From positions 320,001-384,000 of the forward strand of contig JBFWJC010000001.1 in assembly GCA_050253415.1 (NCBI GenBank): 64,000 nt of DNA, in the 5' to 3' direction. The translations under genes were made by a program, and so were the position numbers. This DNA comes from Pedobacter sp. GTDB lineage: Bacteria; Desulfobacterota; Desulfuromonadia; Desulfuromonadales; Syntrophotaleaceae. Numbering within the stretch: the stretch's first letter is position 1; every line of letters starts with the position of its first letter. Below the pieces are notes generated by a model. The model saw nothing but the letters and a program-made list of their open reading frames with translations. It was not told the origin of the DNA and searched no databases. Of this stretch, positions 59,652 to 64,000 are shown one piece after another.

Positions 59652-60323
59652 TCACCTATTTTTTAAAAAAGTCTCGAATTCGGTCATGTCCCGCTGGATT
59701 AAATCCTGCCCCTTTTGTTCGTGCCAGCGATTGGTGTCGCGCAGGCCGAATACGCAGCCGCAGTATTGCTGGTGATAAAACTCCTCACGCTGTGAGACCT
59801 CCACCATGCGTTGCGAGCCGCCGCCCTTGCGCCAATTGAACGGCCAGAATATCACACCCGGATAAGCCTGAGCGGCGGCCAGCCCCGCCCGGTTGACCTG
59901 TTCCAGGTTTTTCCAGCGAGAGATCCCCAGGGTGGTGGCAAACACTTCAAAACCGTGAAATGCGGCAAACTCCGCCGTTGCATCAAGCCGCAAGCGGAAA
60001 CATGCGCTGCAACGCTCTCCGCGCTCAGGTTCCTGTTCAAGGCCGGCCACCGTGTCGAACCACCCTGACGGGTCGTAGTCGGCTTCCACAAATGCCACAC
60101 CCAGCTTGGCTGCGAAGGCCTTCTGTTCCTGCTTGCGTCGGTGGTATTCGTCACGTGGGTGAATGTTGGGGTTGTGAAAATACAGAGTCACCGCTACTCC
60201 GGCGCCGACCAGGGTTTCCAGAACCCCTCCTGCACATGGTGCGCAGCAGCTGTGCAGCAGCAGCGATCGCGCCCCGCCGGGCAGTTCCAGGGTCATGCCA
60301 TTTTGGGTCTCGGACTTTTTCAA
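59652..60323 (-). CDS. queH: Epoxyqueuosine reductase QueH
   Basis: Motifs LLHSCCAPC, NPNIHP, EPERGERC..CF, YHQQYCGC. Confidence 0.92.
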   Translation of the reverse strand: MKKSETQNGMTLELPGGARSLLLHSCCAPCAGGVLETLVGAGVAVTLYFHNPNIHPRDEYHRRKQEQKAFAAKLGVAFVEADYDPSGWFDTVAGLEQEPERGERCSACFRLRLDATAEFAAFHGFEVFATTLGISRWKNLEQVNRAGLAAAQAYPGVIFWPFNWRKGGGSQRMVEVSQREEFYHQQYCGCVFGLRDTNRWHEQKGQDLIQRDMTEFETFLKNR

Positions 60324-60392
60324 GCAATTCTCTCCGGATTTGACGCAGCATTGAGTTTTACAGGTTCACGACTGTTCCGCAAAATCATGCTT

Positions 60393-60477
60393 TAACAGGG
60401 ATGCCCAGAATACACAGGATGAAAACCAAAGGATTGGAATTCAAGAATTTTATCCTGAACATCCTTATTATCCCTGT
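60393..60477. repeat. CAGGAT-type 9-bp-period palindromic repeat
   Basis: TAACAGGGATGCCCAGAATACACAGGATGAAA ... TTTATCCTGAACATCCTTATTATCCCTGT. Confidence 0.75.
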
Positions 60478-60675
60478 CCGATCTGGTCGTATTCTCTGCT
60501 ATGCGGGGTATACGGCGTCAGTATACCCTCAAGCCGCTATTCCGGACAAGTCTGGCAGTCATATACTGTTTTGACTGGGAATGGCTAAAGGATCCGTTCG
60601 TTAAAATACAGTCTTGACAAACAACCCGGTATTTGTCCTATTGTGCAAGTAGACAATAAGGAAAGGTTAAATATT

Positions 60676-60966
60676 TTGCCAAAATCCAAAGCAGAGCTGG
60701 ACTATTGTACCGACTTTTTCAAAGCACTGTCCCACCCGACCAGAATTGTGCTGGTCGTGGAGTTGGCGCAAGGGGAACAGTGCGTACGTACCTTGACCGA
60801 GAAAGTTGGTGCCGATATGTCGACCGTTTCCCGCCATCTGCGGGAGCTTAAGAACGCCGGTATTATCCGTAACGAAAAACGTGGCAATCAGGTTTTTTAC
60901 CATTTACGCACGCCGTGTATCCTGAACTTCATGGAATGCATCCGCAATCTGCAACGGGCCGAGTAG
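60676..60966 (+). CDS. ArsR/SmtB family transcriptional regulator
   Basis: Motifs FKALSHPTRI, QCV, STVSRHL, GNQVFY. TTG start after GAAAGG (alternative GTG at 60643). Confidence 0.92.
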   Translation: MPKSKAELDYCTDFFKALSHPTRIVLVVELAQGEQCVRTLTEKVGADMSTVSRHLRELKNAGIIRNEKRGNQVFYHLRTPCILNFMECIRNLQRAE

Positions 60967-61014
60967 CTAAACCCTCCATCCTGTACAGGTCGTGTTAATG
61001 GAAAGGAGCCCGGT

Positions 61015-62328
61015 ATGAAATGGAACAAGGAATGGAAATCGCTGGCGATGATCGTTGGCGGGTTTGTGCTTTGCTATTACCTGCCTGTCGATTGGCTACG
61101 CAGTCTCGAGCGTTTGCAGAACGCGGTGTGGGAGTCGCTGTACCTGGTCAAGTGGTATGCCCGCGAGCACGTCCTGTTGTGCCTGGTACCGGCCTTTTTC
61201 ATTGCCGGGGCGGTCGGGGTTTTCGTCAGCCAGGCCGCGGTGATGAAATACCTTGGCGCCCGTGCCAGCAAGGTTCTGGCCTACGGCGTGGCGGCGGTAT
61301 CGGGGTCTATTCTGGCGGTGTGTTCGTGTACCATCCTGCCGTTGTTCGCCGGGATCTATCGTATGGGGGCAGGGCTCGGTCCGGCCTGCGCTTTTTTGTA
61401 TTCCGGCCCTGCCATCAATATTCTGGCTATCATATTAACGGCCCGGGTACTCGGTCCGGAGATCGGTATGGCGCGAGCCGTCGGTGCGGTATTGTTCAGT
61501 ATCGTCGTCGGTCTGTGCATGCATTTTTTCTTCCGCAAAGAAGAACTTGAAAAACGCGATGCCAATATGATTATGCCGGAACCGGAGGTGTCTCGTCCCC
61601 TATGGCAAAATGCTCTTTATTTTGCAACCATGGTCGGTATTCTGGTGTTTGCCAACTGGGGGCGCCCCACTACCGAAACCGGTTTATGGCATGCTATTCA
61701 TGCCTCTAAATGGTTGATCACCGGCGGCTTTGCCCTGCTGCTGGGCCTCATATTGATACGCTGGTTTCAGGTTCGCTGGTGGAAAATCGCCCTGGTGGCG
61801 ATCCCCACCGTGATTCTGGCGGAGCTTCTGCCGCAGGTACCAGGCGTAGCGTTTGTGGTCGGCGTGGTGGGCCTGTCGGTCATCATCAACACCGAAGGGG
61901 AGGAAATGCAGGAGTGGTTCAGCACTTCCTGGGGATTTGCCAAACAAATCCTGCCCCTGTTACTGATCGGTGTCATCATCGCCGGGGCCTTGCTGGGACG
62001 TCCGGGCTCGGAAGGGCTGATCCCTTCAGATTGGGTCGCACGCTCTGTCGGTGGCAACTCTCTGGGTGCGAACCTGTTTGCTTCCGTGGCCGGAGCCTTC
62101 ATGTACTTTGCCACCCTGACCGAGGTGCCGATTCTCGAGGGGCTGATCGGTTCAGGTATGGGCAAGGGTCCGGCTCTGGCCTTGCTGCTGGCGGGGCCCG
62201 CTCTAAGTCTGCCGAACATGCTAGTCATCCGCAGCGTTATGGGTACCAAAAAGACCTTGGTGTTCGTGCTGCTGGTGGTGGTCATGGCCACCGTAAGTGG
62301 TCTGATTTTTGGAACATTTTGGGGATAG
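61015..62328 (+). CDS. ArsP/DUF318-family permease
   Basis: Motifs AVCSCTILPLF, FLYSGPAIN, MYFATLTEVP, GPALSLP. Confidence 0.9.
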   Translation: MKWNKEWKSLAMIVGGFVLCYYLPVDWLRSLERLQNAVWESLYLVKWYAREHVLLCLVPAFFIAGAVGVFVSQAAVMKYLGARASKVLAYGVAAVSGSILAVCSCTILPLFAGIYRMGAGLGPACAFLYSGPAINILAIILTARVLGPEIGMARAVGAVLFSIVVGLCMHFFFRKEELEKRDANMIMPEPEVSRPLWQNALYFATMVGILVFANWGRPTTETGLWHAIHASKWLITGGFALLLGLILIRWFQVRWWKIALVAIPTVILAELLPQVPGVAFVVGVVGLSVIINTEGEEMQEWFSTSWGFAKQILPLLLIGVIIAGALLGRPGSEGLIPSDWVARSVGGNSLGANLFASVAGAFMYFATLTEVPILEGLIGSGMGKGPALALLLAGPALSLPNMLVIRSVMGTKKTLVFVLLVVVMATVSGLIFGTFWG

Positions 62329-62385
62329 TTGTCATAGAACGTCGAAGTTTCAGACACACATGTTGCTTTTAGTGATGGAAAGGAA

Positions 62386-62625
62386 ATGCAGATGAAAAAG
62401 ATACAGATACTCGGCACCGGCTGTAAAAAGTGCCAGACCCTTATGGAAAATGCAAAATCGGCGGCCGATGAACTCGGCATCCAATATGAACTGATCAAGG
62501 TTTCTGATATCAAGGATATCGCCGGATTCGGCGTCATGCTAACTCCGGCTCTTGCAGTCGATGGAGAGGTCAAGCTGGTTGGCAAGGTCGCCAAACCGGA
62601 AGAGTTGAAAAAGTATCTGGCTTGA
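62386..62625 (+). CDS. Small redox-active disulfide protein (thioredoxin-like)
   Basis: Motifs ILGTGCKKC and TPALAVDG. Confidence 0.9.
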   Translation: MQMKKIQILGTGCKKCQTLMENAKSAADELGIQYELIKVSDIKDIAGFGVMLTPALAVDGEVKLVGKVAKPEELKKYLA

Positions 62626-62756
62626 TCCGCACGATTGAAGATACGACGCTCGCAATTGCAATGAATGATTTTGGTGAAGTACTCACATGCTTGAAAGGGA
62701 AACTTGCCGGACCTTGCCGGCATTGCCTCATAATCTATCTCTAGGAGGGAGCAATC

Positions 62757-63080
62757 ATGCGCATGTTGGCGGAATTTTTTCCGGAATTCACTGATTTATT
62801 GGATCAGATGGATGACCTCTATCTGAAAAAACGCACTATCGATGAGAAGACCTACCAGTTCATCGCTTTTGCCCTGTCTATCAAGGGGCGCTCCAAACCC
62901 TGTGTGCTCAAGCATTTCAAGGGGGCTCTGGAGGCCGGTGCCACGGTCAAGGAGCTGTCCTATATCTTTGCTCTGACGATGCGGGAGGCGGCCGGTGCCG
63001 ACGACTGTTGGACGCATGATGTGCTGGGCGACTGGAAAGAAATCGTCGCCGGTAATGTCGATTGCGACTGTGCTGTATAA
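62757..63080 (+). CDS. Carboxymuconolactone decarboxylase (CMD/AhpD) family protein
   Basis: Motifs IDEKTYQFIAFALSI and HFKGALEAGATVKEL. Confidence 0.8.
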   Translation: MRMLAEFFPEFTDLLDQMDDLYLKKRTIDEKTYQFIAFALSIKGRSKPCVLKHFKGALEAGATVKELSYIFALTMREAAGADDCWTHDVLGDWKEIVAGNVDCDCAV

Positions 63081-63167
63081 TGGCCTAATGCCATGCCCTG
63101 GGGATGTTGCTATTCCCGGGGCATAAGTTTACCCATAAGCTTTATTTGGTAATTTATTGAAAAACGG

Positions 63168-63422
63168 ATTTACCGCCGAGACCGCCGAGACCGCAGAGAA
63201 AATGCGACATTCTTAAAACTCCTATACAAACAGGGATGATCAGGATGTTCAGGATAAAATCTTGCGCGCCAATTTTTTGGTTTTAATCCTGCGTATCCTG
63301 GATATCCCTGTTAATACATAACTTAAATGGGATTATAGGCAATATGTAAGGCAGTAAAGGCTGCAGAGTATTATCAAGTTAATAGATTTTTCTCGGCGGT
63401 CTCTGCGTGCTCTGCGGTAAAT
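63168..63422. repeat. Nested palindromic repeat with outer CGCAGAG-type arms and inner CAGGAT-type arms
   Basis: Outer arms 63168-63202 and 63388-63422. Inner arms 63229-63259 and 63281-63312. Confidence 0.85.
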
Positions 63423-63467
63423 GATTCGTGATTTTCAAAAGATACTCCCAAAGAACTTCTTCCCGCG

Positions 63468-64000
63468 TTAACACACCGGATGTTTCCCCTCGATCAACTC
63501 CCTGCACAGCCTATCCATTCCTGCCAGAGCTTCACTCAGGATAGCCCTGGCTGCCTGCCGAACCGGTTCGAAAGGCTGTCCCGGTGCGGGCAGAATGTGA
63601 GCCGCCATCAACTGCGGTTGGTCGATGGGCGCCCCGATCTGGCTGACCAGAAATACATACACCTCCTGCAGGCCGGGAATCCCTTCGTAGATGGTGCGCG
63701 CAGCATGATGCGCAAGCACGTTGTATATTTTGCCGACATGACTGACCGGGTTTTTGCCCGCGACCGCTTCGGTACCGATGGGGCGCCCTACGGGGATCAG
63801 GCCGTTGACCCGGTTACCGCGTCCGACCTGCCCGGAGTCGGCATCCTCGGCGGAGGTGCCGAGCAGGCTCAGGTAAACACCCCCCAGGCCCCGACCGGGC
63901 TGATCGAGGGTGTTGAGATGGACCTTAATCTCGTCAAAACCGGGCAGGGTCGCTGCAAATAGCTGCAGATCGGCGAGGATGGCGCGTTTGCGGTCAAAAT
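63468..64000 (-). CDS. Archaeal-type methionine adenosyltransferase, 3' part (runs off the window end)
   Basis: Manual translation: YLSLLGTSAEDADSGQVGRGNRVNGLIP...EAVAGKNPVSHVGKIYN...SQIGAPIDQP. Confidence 0.85.
   Translation of the reverse strand, partial: FDRKRAILADLQLFAATLPGFDEIKVHLNTLDQPGRGLGGVYLSLLGTSAEDADSGQVGRGNRVNGLIPVGRPIGTEAVAGKNPVSHVGKIYNVLAHHAARTIYEGIPGLQEVYVFLVSQIGAPIDQPQLMAAHILPAPGQPFEPVRQAARAILSEALAGMDRLCRELIEGKHPVC

Noticed and set aside
60614..60656. Sigma-70 promoter and ArsR operator upstream of the ArsR gene
   Set aside because: TTGACA is present, but the best -10 (TATTGT) is 19 bp away and the inverted repeat is weak, so it was not called.

Overview
This 64 kb window is GC-rich bacterial chromosome. 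Gene content points to a Desulfuromonadales-type deltaproteobacterium (Pelobacter/Syntrophotalea/Geobacter-like), which is an inference. 0.3-15.5 kb is housekeeping: dapF-HIT-HAD-nfo-dtd-yjgA, trxA, and a heme operon (SIS-sirC-ccsA-hemA-hemC-cobA/hemD-hemB) split by about 2.5 tandem copies of a structured 515-bp non-coding repeat. 15.9-31 kb is an AT-richer accessory region holding an integron cassette array with no integrase in the window. It has an attI-like start, ten attC sites (mostly with matching cassette ends), an ORF-less cassette, and a tail where attC sites decay next to GGGACA/TGACCCC REP-like motifs and a RAYT remnant. An IS1111-type (IS110 family) element sits inside the sixth attC. 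Its roughly 520-nt downstream non-coding region appears to carry two attC-matching guide pairs plus a donor-junction match, making it a candidate dual-target bridge/seekRNA. This is the strongest novel-system lead here. 31-64 kb is metabolic and regulatory: PAS-GGDEF-EAL, cstA, D-Ala-D-Ala dipeptidase, HtrA-like protease, a collapsed mntH pseudogene, an orphan dikinase-like gene with gdhA and nfnAB-like genes, a GAF sigma-54 activator, TrkA/CPA2, rdgC, a hybrid kinase, queH, an ArsR-permease-thioredoxin-CMD cluster and a partial archaeal-type SAM synthetase. Nested 9-bp-period palindromic repeats recur in intergenic spaces. All calls come from manual motif recognition; no database searches or folding programs were run.
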